Notes under the pieces: generated by a model | Told to the model about the DNA's origin: nothing | Seen by the model: only the letters and a program-made list of their open reading frames with translations | The model's database searches: none | Shown: piece by piece, positions 10,601-18,650 of the stretch | Layout: each line of letters begins with the position of its first letter | Position numbering within the stretch: position 1 is the stretch's first letter | IMG/VR virus record: IMGVR_UViG_3300027679_000035 | Coordinates: 1 to 24,954 of that record | Origin: a virus | Lineage: Duplodnaviria > Caudoviricetes | DNA length: 24,954 nucleotides | Reading direction: 5' to 3' (one strand) | Program-made: the position numbers and the translations under genes

Positions 10601-13600
10601 AATCAATCTTAAAGCAGCGTCTCAATATGTATCAGGATCATTTAGTGAATTCAAAAAAATCATATTGAATTCATTTAAAAGTCTTCAAAGATTTTCAGAA
10701 ACTATCTGGAAAGGTATTGGAGTAGTGCTTACGGGAATTACGGGTTTATCAATAGCTTTAGGGCCATTTATTGCTGTTGATTATAATGCGTTAAGTGGGC
10801 CAGAAGGCCGCGCTGACTTGAGAGAAACTGGGTTACTTTTAAAACCCGACAATATGTTCAAGCCATACATAAGGAATATAAGTGTTGAACAACTTGATAA
10901 GTCACTTCAAACCCCAGAGGAAACACTTAAATTAATTAGAGATGCCATTAAACAATCCAAACCTTTTTCTGGCAAAATAGATTTTGATTTTAATGAACTA
11001 TCAAAATTTGCTGAAGGAATTAATGTAAATGAAATTCCATCAGGCAGTAAAAGAAAGGCATTTAACTATAACAACCTCATTGAAACATCTAATGATGAGA
11101 TCAAAAGCGCGGCGGAGTTTCTAAAATCAGCATCATTAAGAACACAAGAAATAGAATCTCGTTTGCGTGAGATAATGGGAGCAATGGAGTTCTTTACAAA
11201 AAGAAACTTTAAGGATGTAAAGTTTAAAATAAAAGACAAAAACTCTTTAGAGTCAGCAATCTTTGTGGCATTGGCAAGAAACGGTGGCATGATTTCCAGC
11301 TTATCTTTCTATGACAATAAGACAAATACAATCAATGTAGACCCGCAAACATTGATTTCAATCTTAGATAACACAAATGCTGCAACAAATGCGGCGCAAC
11401 ATATTGCTAATGAGTTAACTCATGCGTTGCAATATCAAACAAATGAGGGCAAGCCTATCGGTCTTTTGTCCATTAAACTATCGGACTATGACACTGCCTC
11501 AACTGTTCTATGGATGAGGACTGATATGTATTCGCGAAATGGAAAAAATTTCCAGTTAATAAATGCAGAGTCTAATTGGGGTGACATTCTTGTTAAGAAA
11601 TACTTTAACGCAAAGCATAAGATACAACCAAAATCTTTTGCACAAATAACAAATGATCAGCCAAGAATAAAACAATCTCTTGAAAACAAGCAAACCGAAG
11701 CGTTCATAAATGAGGTATTTTCATACGGAGGGATTTCAGCAGAAGAAATCATCGAAGCTCAAGCTGGAGTGACACCATCAGTATCGGAAACGATAACTCC
11801 AGCAATCGAAGCGAAGGCAGGGGAAACTCCAACTCAACAATATTCGCAAACATTTGAGTTATTTAATAAGTATACCGAACCAATGGGTCGGCAGCCAATC
11901 AAAGTTGAAGCGACTTCTATTGATGAGGCTAGTAAACTAATTAAAAGCACAGAGGAATACAAAAGGATTAAGTCTAGGTATGCTAAAGTATTTGCTCAAG
12001 GCGACCCAATCGTAGTTCCAAGGCCCGGAGAATCTCCGATCATTGCCCGTGCAGGGGCAACGCCACAGATGGATACCGACTACCTCACAGCAGTTGAGAG
12101 TGGAGACATGGAGACTGCACAGAGGTTGGCAAACGAGGCTGCAAAGGCTAATTTGCCTTACGAAGTATACAACTCAAAAACAGGTGAAGTTGTATGGTCT
12201 GGAACTTACAGTCAACGCGCCACCGCTCGACGTGTTCGTGATCAGCGGGACATTAAGTATGGTGCAAACATATTCAACACGCGTTTTACCAAAACTGATA
12301 TCCCTTTTCAAGCTGTTGACCCAGTAACATACGATGAGCAGGGCAATGTAATCCCACTCTCTGAAAGGTTCGATGTAACTTCTCCCTTGATTGCTAGGGC
12401 AGGAGAAACGCCGCAACCATCCGCAAGATCAGTCAAGATCGAGAAGAAGATTACCCAGCAAATCATCAATGACATTGAGGGACTGATCAATGATCTCAAG
12501 CCTAAGAAAGATAAGAGCGGACAACCTTATGTATCTAGGACAACTCTGAAAGGTAAGACGTATGCTTATTCTTTAGTATCCCCGTTCTCGAAAGCGGTGG
12601 ACTTGTATAGAATGCCGGGGCATGAAATTGCCTTGAGTGCATTCAATAAGGTGCTGAAGGGAAACCCAGATGCATCCTTCTTTGATATCGCATCTAACCT
12701 TACATTGAGAGATGAAAACGGAGAATCAGTTGTCACATACGGATTGAGCAAAGAAGAGTTAGCTAATCTGATACCACTATTTAATAAAGTTGCCCCGACA
12801 TACAGGCAGATGGTCATGGATTCAAATGCTTCTTTTCTAGACAGATCAAGGATTGCATTGAGTATGCCAGCAATTGAGTTTGGATTATCGAAGGCAGTAG
12901 TTAAAATAATGCAAGCAGCCGGGCGCACCCTGAACCTTGCCAAGACCCTGCGCCAGATGGGCGGCTACGGGATGGCAGTAGCTAACTACAAGTCTAACGT
13001 CCAAAAATCTATTGGTAATCTCTGGTCTAAAATCGGCGGGGATATGAATGATATCGCTTCCTATGCCAGAGGAGACAGAAGGAAGGCCGTTGATAACGTA
13101 GCAAGTCTTTCAAAGGTTATTAGTAAGTTGGTTTCTCTACAGAAGATGGCGATTAAGAATCCAGAGAAAGCTAGGGATTCAATTCGTAAAGCAATTTCCC
13201 GCAAGCAAACAATCGAAACCAAGAAAATCCTATTAGAATTCAGTGCTAGTACCTTTGATGATAAAACTGAGAAGTTTGCTAACATGATCATTGATGAGAC
13301 AGCTAAAGCTATCTTGTCAATCGGAACAAAGAAAGGCAGCTCTAACACTGACTCTACCTACAAAAAGATTTATAAAGCTATCTCAAGTGTTGCTAAACAA
13401 ACAGCACAAGAAGAGGAGACGAGAAAGCAAGAGCAAGAAGGTAAACCTAAAGAGAAAAAGCAAGTTGCTAAACGCGAAGGTAAGTTCTTAGAACAAGTTG
13501 GGATGGTTATCGGAAACGATAAAACCTACAAGCAGTTCATGGATCAGGTAAGGGACTCTATCCGACAAGAGTACCAGAGTGACGCTGAATTCAATGCAGA

Positions 13601-16385
13601 ATACAAAGACCTTTTCGATATGCTTTCTAATAGAGAGTGGAGTGAGTCGATGCGCCAGCAAGCCATCAAAGATTCTGCTGATGCTTTAGACTATAAGTTC
13701 GCAGAGCTATTCCAGTATATCGGCAGTCAGAGAAACGCCGCCCAAGAAAGCGTCAAGACTCATATGCGATTTGAACTGCAATCGATGGGGGCAACCGCTG
13801 AGATGGTAGATAAATTCACCGCTGATGTAGACAACTATCTGAACGAAGAGACAAGGAAGGTTCTAGAAAAGAAACTTGGATTCGTAGTAGATAAAGAGAC
13901 AGGCAAGATCACTGGGGGGCAAATCATCAAAGACAAGATGAAAGAGTTATCGACTACAGATGGTCAGTTCAAAATAGCTAAGACATTAAAAGGTTTAACC
14001 AGACTAGCTGCATCAGACCAGAGGAACTTCATTGATCAACTCAACGAACTGATGATTACTGAACTAGGTTTTGATGACAAAGCATCAGCGGAACTCAGCA
14101 AGATTATCGAGGATGAGATAACCAAAGCTGTTATTGCACAGCAAAGCCAAAATCTCAAGCAAGCCATTGCTCGCGTAACCAAAACGCTGGATGATAACAA
14201 CATTACGTCTAAAGGAACTACTCAGCGCACGATCTTAAAGCGTCTGATTGAACTAGCAAACATGGGTCAGCTAGATGACATGAAGGTTTACGAGGCATTC
14301 CGCCAGACACATAACTTTGGAAAGGGATACCTAGAGTACAATCCAGATATGGTTCAGACCCTGCGTGAGTGGGGAGATAGAATATCTGCACTGCCAGAAG
14401 GGGTGATGCGGGGCATAGAAGAGCAGAAGATGGGAAGGTATATGTTGGAGCAAGGAGTCTTCACAACTACCGATTACCTATCCAGCTATTGGTACTTCGC
14501 GTTGCTATCACAAGTTGGAACGCAAGCCATCAATGTAATGGGAAGTACGTTCAACTTGATGGGTAACATTGCTACATGGGGATTGTATACCAAAGGCAAA
14601 TCACTAGGGCCAATGATGCGCGGCCTTTCTAGAGCAATATCAGGCAAACAATCACCAGCATCGAACTCCTTCCTATATGTAATGCAGACAGGGCTTAACC
14701 CGTCTGGATTACAGGATGAGAAGATGATGATCTACCCTAAAGGAAATGTATTTGAAAATTCAACTCCAGAAAATGTACCAAAGTTACTCTATAAACTCAT
14801 AACCTTTGGGGCTGATAGTGTGAAATCACCAGCATTAAATGCTATTCTCAATACCATGTCTCCACGGGGAATGATGAGACTGATGAGAGCAACTGACTCT
14901 TATATGAGAGAGGTTGCTTATGAAGTTAGGGCAGCATCTTTGGGTGCTACAGAGTTTTCTCAAGAGCAATACGATGCGGCATTCAGACAAGCCGAGGCTG
15001 AGATGCAAGGATCAAAATCCGCTACAAGAGAAAAGAAAAAAGAGATCATCATTAGAACAAATGAGATCATAGCAGAGCAAAGATTAGAAGTTAGAGAAAG
15101 AGAGTATGCGGAGCAAGATTCGCTTGAAGTTGTATATAGCCAGAAGAATGCGGGGTTACTTGGTTTAATTACTAGTTTTGCAAACAAGATGCTAGACCAA
15201 TACCCTGCAAGTAGATTATTCATACCATTCACAAACGTAGTTGCTAACGTATTGAATGAGAATCTAAACTACGCTCCGCTCATCAGCCAATATAGGTTAA
15301 TGAGAGCAGTTGAACTTTCTCCATTACTTAAAGGTAAAATCAAACTGCGTCCGGGTTCAGAGAAGAATCCCTTCATTCAAGGTAGAGAAGATAAAGCTGC
15401 TAATCTAGCAATCAAATCAATCATTGGTCTGGGTGCATCAGCGGTTCCATTTATTATTGGAGCAATAGCTGGTGGAGATGATGAAGATCAAGATAAAGAA
15501 CGGCCCTTCGTTCAGTTCTATTCTCAAGGGCCAAAAGACCCAGAGCAGAATAAGATTTGGACAGAGAATGGTGGAACTAAGTATTCTATCAGATTTGGTA
15601 ATACTTATATCTCCTATCTCTTCACACCTCTAGTTATCCCATTGTCCTATGGTCAGATGTTGAAGCAAGAGGTTGATACATTCCAAAAGAAAGCTGGCGA
15701 AAAAGGAATCGGGGATGTCACAGAGCTATCATTTAAAGTATTAGCATCTCCAGTAGCCATTGGATTCGTAGCCGCACTAGATCAATCTTTCTTAACTGGT
15801 ATTTCTGATTTGATCGAACTTAAAGAGGCTAGGGACTTACCTAAAGCTGGCGCAGGAATCGCAAGAAACATCATCTCCCGTATGCTAGTCCCCGGCGTTG
15901 CACGTGATATGCAAAAGCTGATGGTTGACGAGAGACTTGAAGGTGATCTTTACATCACAAATATGTTGAAAGAATTTCCCGGATCATCAGCTTTCTTAGA
16001 TAAAGATTTGAACTACTTCGGTGATAAGGCTAGGTACAATTCCATCATGCAAGAGGATGGCTTTACTCGCAGAGCATTCTCCCTTATCGGACGTATTGCA
16101 GCTACAGAAAAGCCAGACCCTGCATTTGAAATCTTGTACAAGAATGGCATTACCCCACCAAACTGGAGCCAGTCATTACAATGGAGGGATAAGACACCAA
16201 TGACTAAAGCCCAGCAACGTGAGTTCATTTCCTCCGCTGGGCCAAGGATGAAGCAGTTCATTATAGATAACGAGTCAACTATTTCTATGCTAGATACAGA
16301 GACCGCACAGAAGTTTGTATCTGACAACTTTTCTGCAATACGAAGAGGCACGAAAGGTATGATGGAATTTAACAGAACAAAGTGA
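7647..16385 (+). CDS. giant internal virion / large polyvalent protein
   Basis: 2912-aa uninterrupted ORF; Gly/Ala-rich N-terminal region, coiled coils, two degenerate zincin motifs (EEVIH, NELTH), polyvalent-protein motifs (DYLTAVESGDMETAQ; DPVTYDEQGNVIPLSERFD) and a helical C-terminal region with FIPFTNVVAN and hydrophobic segments. Confidence 0.8.
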   Translation: MNFTFDELKVARERDYSDDEIWGKLIEQDNSLSVAKERGYSLEEVASKLSGRPIPQEPEPEPSGVLRQAADIPIKVGEGLVGSVKSFADLFGADNAVSKELAGYEEWVGGLVSAESKQDSKEIARILKDAEDKGVYDKVIAGLEVFAKAPLEMTAQSVGYMIPQLAAGVLGKAAQFTKAGIIGTQAAIGFAQGVGQAKGDIYTATLDYLRKEGLSEGAAHDKATEAQATLGKNLDQILLSGGLNAVASSTGAEAILTRVLTKQGKDVTEDLIKGTIKGIAAESPVEAIQSAQQEVAKNIGVQGVGGDVPTFKGAIESATTGAVAGAFMGGPLGAFESMSPERKAEIKIDEAAEQAARDLETPSDNPAAMALSTEITRNQDAIENLRSDLDAMEPNDPRAQKLRFDISDRQKALTDLQLQYQKVTGNDQEIPAVSIAASKRMELDNKIESLTEEIGMDEEALATMAEGSQERIDAQTALDKKKTDLDAVNKEVEGLSLTIKPPVAEAATPSTTIEEAKTKIEELNTEFDALDENDKAGIDRVNTQIFAEQNKIAELTAIEQGIDPQGTTPTREMGLPESGRRSPFGTLYRTDDTGKAERPILQAFMSATDKVISALPAFNKGTQKLKNAIRTGIANNAGFLAGTNTKVITSEDFGKLTGRKQVAADTGTYKAVFVKGQKYLVVPDINQLAGLSIRGEQTSTSRDAAIDQESRAAAKKLEEEVIHLSMFQGIQDEYKSLKNPKLSEQEYVVKRLSDIVKEVKRTNPNALPGVSNAYLNDKSKLLDDLTFSQEFMRMVIQRVRTGQITEDLNAIRQAEKEAFSDQDKGAIISLKNSILNALRVVRDSITRYLGKGTSTKEVEKMLNTMNTILDEYGIVKGKSNYEFKDYSAAQPKGELKAEPIEEATTAVETPTTPVTRPLPTDQLPTETPGAGYGREAEVFDVFSEAKRKPVELIPNAEVTEEVEAINSLPDDATYEQIEAVAPATIINLKAASQYVSGSFSEFKKIILNSFKSLQRFSETIWKGIGVVLTGITGLSIALGPFIAVDYNALSGPEGRADLRETGLLLKPDNMFKPYIRNISVEQLDKSLQTPEETLKLIRDAIKQSKPFSGKIDFDFNELSKFAEGINVNEIPSGSKRKAFNYNNLIETSNDEIKSAAEFLKSASLRTQEIESRLREIMGAMEFFTKRNFKDVKFKIKDKNSLESAIFVALARNGGMISSLSFYDNKTNTINVDPQTLISILDNTNAATNAAQHIANELTHALQYQTNEGKPIGLLSIKLSDYDTASTVLWMRTDMYSRNGKNFQLINAESNWGDILVKKYFNAKHKIQPKSFAQITNDQPRIKQSLENKQTEAFINEVFSYGGISAEEIIEAQAGVTPSVSETITPAIEAKAGETPTQQYSQTFELFNKYTEPMGRQPIKVEATSIDEASKLIKSTEEYKRIKSRYAKVFAQGDPIVVPRPGESPIIARAGATPQMDTDYLTAVESGDMETAQRLANEAAKANLPYEVYNSKTGEVVWSGTYSQRATARRVRDQRDIKYGANIFNTRFTKTDIPFQAVDPVTYDEQGNVIPLSERFDVTSPLIARAGETPQPSARSVKIEKKITQQIINDIEGLINDLKPKKDKSGQPYVSRTTLKGKTYAYSLVSPFSKAVDLYRMPGHEIALSAFNKVLKGNPDASFFDIASNLTLRDENGESVVTYGLSKEELANLIPLFNKVAPTYRQMVMDSNASFLDRSRIALSMPAIEFGLSKAVVKIMQAAGRTLNLAKTLRQMGGYGMAVANYKSNVQKSIGNLWSKIGGDMNDIASYARGDRRKAVDNVASLSKVISKLVSLQKMAIKNPEKARDSIRKAISRKQTIETKKILLEFSASTFDDKTEKFANMIIDETAKAILSIGTKKGSSNTDSTYKKIYKAISSVAKQTAQEEETRKQEQEGKPKEKKQVAKREGKFLEQVGMVIGNDKTYKQFMDQVRDSIRQEYQSDAEFNAEYKDLFDMLSNREWSESMRQQAIKDSADALDYKFAELFQYIGSQRNAAQESVKTHMRFELQSMGATAEMVDKFTADVDNYLNEETRKVLEKKLGFVVDKETGKITGGQIIKDKMKELSTTDGQFKIAKTLKGLTRLAASDQRNFIDQLNELMITELGFDDKASAELSKIIEDEITKAVIAQQSQNLKQAIARVTKTLDDNNITSKGTTQRTILKRLIELANMGQLDDMKVYEAFRQTHNFGKGYLEYNPDMVQTLREWGDRISALPEGVMRGIEEQKMGRYMLEQGVFTTTDYLSSYWYFALLSQVGTQAINVMGSTFNLMGNIATWGLYTKGKSLGPMMRGLSRAISGKQSPASNSFLYVMQTGLNPSGLQDEKMMIYPKGNVFENSTPENVPKLLYKLITFGADSVKSPALNAILNTMSPRGMMRLMRATDSYMREVAYEVRAASLGATEFSQEQYDAAFRQAEAEMQGSKSATREKKKEIIIRTNEIIAEQRLEVREREYAEQDSLEVVYSQKNAGLLGLITSFANKMLDQYPASRLFIPFTNVVANVLNENLNYAPLISQYRLMRAVELSPLLKGKIKLRPGSEKNPFIQGREDKAANLAIKSIIGLGASAVPFIIGAIAGGDDEDQDKERPFVQFYSQGPKDPEQNKIWTENGGTKYSIRFGNTYISYLFTPLVIPLSYGQMLKQEVDTFQKKAGEKGIGDVTELSFKVLASPVAIGFVAALDQSFLTGISDLIELKEARDLPKAGAGIARNIISRMLVPGVARDMQKLMVDERLEGDLYITNMLKEFPGSSAFLDKDLNYFGDKARYNSIMQEDGFTRRAFSLIGRIAATEKPDPAFEILYKNGITPPNWSQSLQWRDKTPMTKAQQREFISSAGPRMKQFIIDNESTISMLDTETAQKFVSDNFSAIRRGTKGMMEFNRTK

Positions 16386-16413
16386 TTGACTATCAGAATC
16401 ACTGATGTACTCT
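16386..16413 (+). promoter_or_regulatory. putative sigma70-type promoter for small RNA
   Basis: TTGACT (16386-16391), 16-nt spacer, TACTCT (16408-16413), directly after the giant gene stop. Confidence 0.5.
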
Positions 16414-16417
16414 ATCA

Positions 16418-16505
16418 ATAGCAGTCGGCTTGCTGGTTGCTGTTTTCATTCGTGTTGTTTCATTAGCGGCGCACCTTGGAGTAATCTGGGGTGCGCTTCC
16501 TTTTT
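16418..16505 (+). ncRNA. candidate ~88-nt small RNA (5' hairpin, U-rich linker, terminator)
   Basis: Hairpin AGCAGUCGG-CUUG-CUGGUUGCU, linker GUUUUCAUUCGUGUUGUUUCAUUA, terminator hairpin with GUAA loop; several G-U pairs work only on the + strand; no ORF; upstream promoter match. Confidence 0.55.
16469..16505 (+). terminator. rho-independent terminator
   Basis: GCGCACCTTGGA-GTAA-TCTGGGGTGCGC followed by TTCCTTTTT; would also end the virion operon. Confidence 0.75.
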
Positions 16506-16549
16506 ATCGTTTCCGATAAAAATATTTTCACGTTTACTATAAATATATG

Positions 16550-16577
16550 TTGACGATTATCGGTAAACTGATAGTAT
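16550..16577 (+). promoter_or_regulatory. putative sigma70-type promoter of the recombination/replication operon
   Basis: TTGACG (16550-16555), 16-nt spacer, TAGTAT (16572-16577) with extended -10 TGn; AT-rich upstream region. Confidence 0.6.
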
Positions 16578-16617
16578 CTATCTTGTGATCGGAACAACCT
16601 CCGTCCACAAAAAACTA

Positions 16618-16845
16618 ATGAAAGACAAACCAACAACAATACAAGAAACAGAAGTGAAACCAGAAGCTAAACCAGAAGTGGTAGTAGACTCAGCACTCAA
16701 GCGTGAGATTTATCTCCGTTTGATTTCAGCATCAGCGGCGGACGGAAAGTTCGACCTCGGCAAGCTCCCAAATGCAAAGGCAGTAGTTAGTCAGGGAGAT
16801 CACCTTCGCGGCGTAGCCGAACTGCTGACCCAGTGCCTAAAATGA
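16618..16845 (+). CDS. hypothetical protein (75 aa)
   Basis: ATG 16618 after A-rich leader (ACAAAAAACTA) is preferred to GTG 16585, which lies at the predicted transcription start. Confidence 0.65.
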   Translation: MKDKPTTIQETEVKPEAKPEVVVDSALKREIYLRLISASAADGKFDLGKLPNAKAVVSQGDHLRGVAELLTQCLK

Positions 16846-16964
16846 ACGAACCAGACGAACATGACGGGGACTACGCAGAGGAACGGCACGATGCCATTTG
16901 CTCCATGAGAGACATGGATCAAGGCATCGACCCCAACTTATTTACTGATGAACATAACGAATAA
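16842..16964 (+). CDS. 40-aa acidic hypothetical protein
   Basis: Not in the ORF track; ATGA overlap with upstream stop; MNEPDEHDGDYAEERHDAICSMRDMDQGIDPNLFTDEHNE; overlaps the next start. Confidence 0.55.
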   Translation: MNEPDEHDGDYAEERHDAICSMRDMDQGIDPNLFTDEHNE

Positions 16965-17817
16965 TCACGGGCTTCCCGCCCCAATGTATCGAGCGTTAGC
17001 CCACGATGGCTACACCCCCGGCACTAGGAAGTCGGACATATCGGTTACCAGTTTAATCGGGCCACCGAAAATCAACCAACTCAAGAAGCGGTATTCTGAG
17101 TCTATCACAGAAGACGCAGCAGACAGGGTATGGGCATTGCTAGGTCAGTCCGTACACAAGGTAGTCGAACTGGCTGGCGGCGAGACTGAGATGACAGAAA
17201 AGCGTCTCTACATGGAGATCAATAACTACACCATAACTGGTCAGACTGATCTCTACGAAACAGAGAACCATACCATCTCAGACTTCAAGGTAACATCAGT
17301 CTTCTCATTCCTGCTTGGAGGCAAGTCAGAGTGGGAAGCACAGATCAATCTGAATGCCATGCTCTGGAGAGAGTACGGGTACGAAGTCAAGAAAGGTCAG
17401 ATCGTAGCTATCCTTCGGGACTGGCAAGCGAGTAAGGCTGAGTTTGACAAAGAGTATCCTCAGTGTGCGGTACACATCGTTGAAATTCCACTATGGGATA
17501 ACGCCCTGTGTATCCGATACGCTACGGAGCGCATCAATATGCATCAAGCGGCGGCGGCAATGCCAGACGATACCATCCCTGCTTGTAGCGCAAAGGAACG
17601 CTGGGCAAAACCAGATACCTATGCCATCAAGAAAAACGGCAACAAGAGAGCAGCCAAAGTATGTGAGTCCAAGGAAGATGCAGAGAACCTTCTACCTACC
17701 TACGGAGCTAACCACTCGATAGAGAAACGAAACGGAGGGGATATGCGGTGTGAGCGTTATTGCTCAGTCGCTCCCTTCTGCCACTATTATCAAGCAAACT
17801 ATAAAACTAATGAGTAA
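16948..17817 (+). CDS. PD-(D/E)xK (RecB/Cas4-like) phage exonuclease
   Basis: ISVTSL, GQSVHKVVE, TEKRL, ITGQTDL, ISDFKVT, QINL motifs and C-terminal C-x3-C-x5-C (RCERYCSVAPFC) metal/Fe-S ligands. Confidence 0.85.
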   Translation: MNITNNHGLPAPMYRALAHDGYTPGTRKSDISVTSLIGPPKINQLKKRYSESITEDAADRVWALLGQSVHKVVELAGGETEMTEKRLYMEINNYTITGQTDLYETENHTISDFKVTSVFSFLLGGKSEWEAQINLNAMLWREYGYEVKKGQIVAILRDWQASKAEFDKEYPQCAVHIVEIPLWDNALCIRYATERINMHQAAAAMPDDTIPACSAKERWAKPDTYAIKKNGNKRAAKVCESKEDAENLLPTYGANHSIEKRNGGDMRCERYCSVAPFCHYYQANYKTNE

Positions 17818-18607
17818 TCAACTAGAGGGTCTAGAACCCAAAGACATCATCAAGAAAGTCACAGGAACAATCACAAAGTTGTTCCCAGAGAAACAACACG
17901 AAGGCAACTTCGGCCCATACACCATCCAGAACGGAGAGATCGAAGTGGATGGCAAGAGCTTAAAGCTGGCATTTTGGAAGAACACCCAGCCAGAGTCAGC
18001 TAAAGGCAGGACAGTAACTCTATCCTCAACCCGTGGTAAGCATGGGTTGAACGGAGTTACTTTCGAGGAAGAGAACTACAAGAACAAGGAAGGTCAGTCA
18101 GTCCACAACGAGGTGATCAAAGTATCTGCATCCGCTAGGGTGGAGTACGAAGGCGTGAGTGATGAGCCAGTCAGAGTTTCACCCAAGAGTATCGTTTCCG
18201 ATAATCCTACAGAAGCATTGGATTCCATCGTCGAACTGCATAAGTATGTTGATTCGCTCGTCCGCCATGCCTACAAGGGAGTGCAGAATGAGGAAACCCT
18301 ACGTTCCTATGTCTCGTCGGTCTTCATCGAAGCTAACCGTAAGGGCATAGCGTTCAAGAATGAAAGGCCAGAACCAGTAAAGGTAGAACCACCAAAAGTT
18401 GACCCTGCTGACTGGGCATCTGCCATCGTTCCTAGTGGAACACAGAAGGGCAAGAAGTTGGCAGAGATCGGCAAGCCAGCACTAACTAAACTCTATGAGT
18501 TCTACTTGGAGAAGGGGTTCAGTACTCCATTCGCCAAGTGCGTAGAGCAAGCCGCCGCCGACCTTGACCTCGACGCTCCAGTAGAGACAGACGACATCCC
18601 ATACTAA
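17810..18607 (+). CDS. single-stranded DNA-binding protein-like (OB fold, acidic tail)
   Basis: ATG 17810 overlaps the nuclease stop; OB-fold-like N-terminus (VTGTITKLF...IQNGEIEVDGKSLKLAFW); C-terminus DDIPY resembles the SSB DDIPF tail; adjacent to the exonuclease. Confidence 0.65.
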   Translation: MSNQLEGLEPKDIIKKVTGTITKLFPEKQHEGNFGPYTIQNGEIEVDGKSLKLAFWKNTQPESAKGRTVTLSSTRGKHGLNGVTFEEENYKNKEGQSVHNEVIKVSASARVEYEGVSDEPVRVSPKSIVSDNPTEALDSIVELHKYVDSLVRHAYKGVQNEETLRSYVSSVFIEANRKGIAFKNERPEPVKVEPPKVDPADWASAIVPSGTQKGKKLAEIGKPALTKLYEFYLEKGFSTPFAKCVEQAAADLDLDAPVETDDIPY

Positions 18608-18650
18608 ACCCACTAGTTCCTCCCAGAACACAACCTCAACTAAAACACTA

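Noticed and set aside
16418-16505. tRNA gene
   Set aside because: No cloverleaf, T-loop GTTCRA or CCA end; only two hairpins with a linker.
16501-16550. Replication origin
   Set aside because: AT-rich with one inverted repeat, but no iterons or adjacent initiator gene; an UP element plus binding site explains it adequately.
16948-17817. CRISPR-Cas system based on the Cas4-like nuclease
   Set aside because: No repeat-spacer array or other cas genes; stand-alone Cas4-like exonucleases next to SSB genes are ordinary phage recombination genes.
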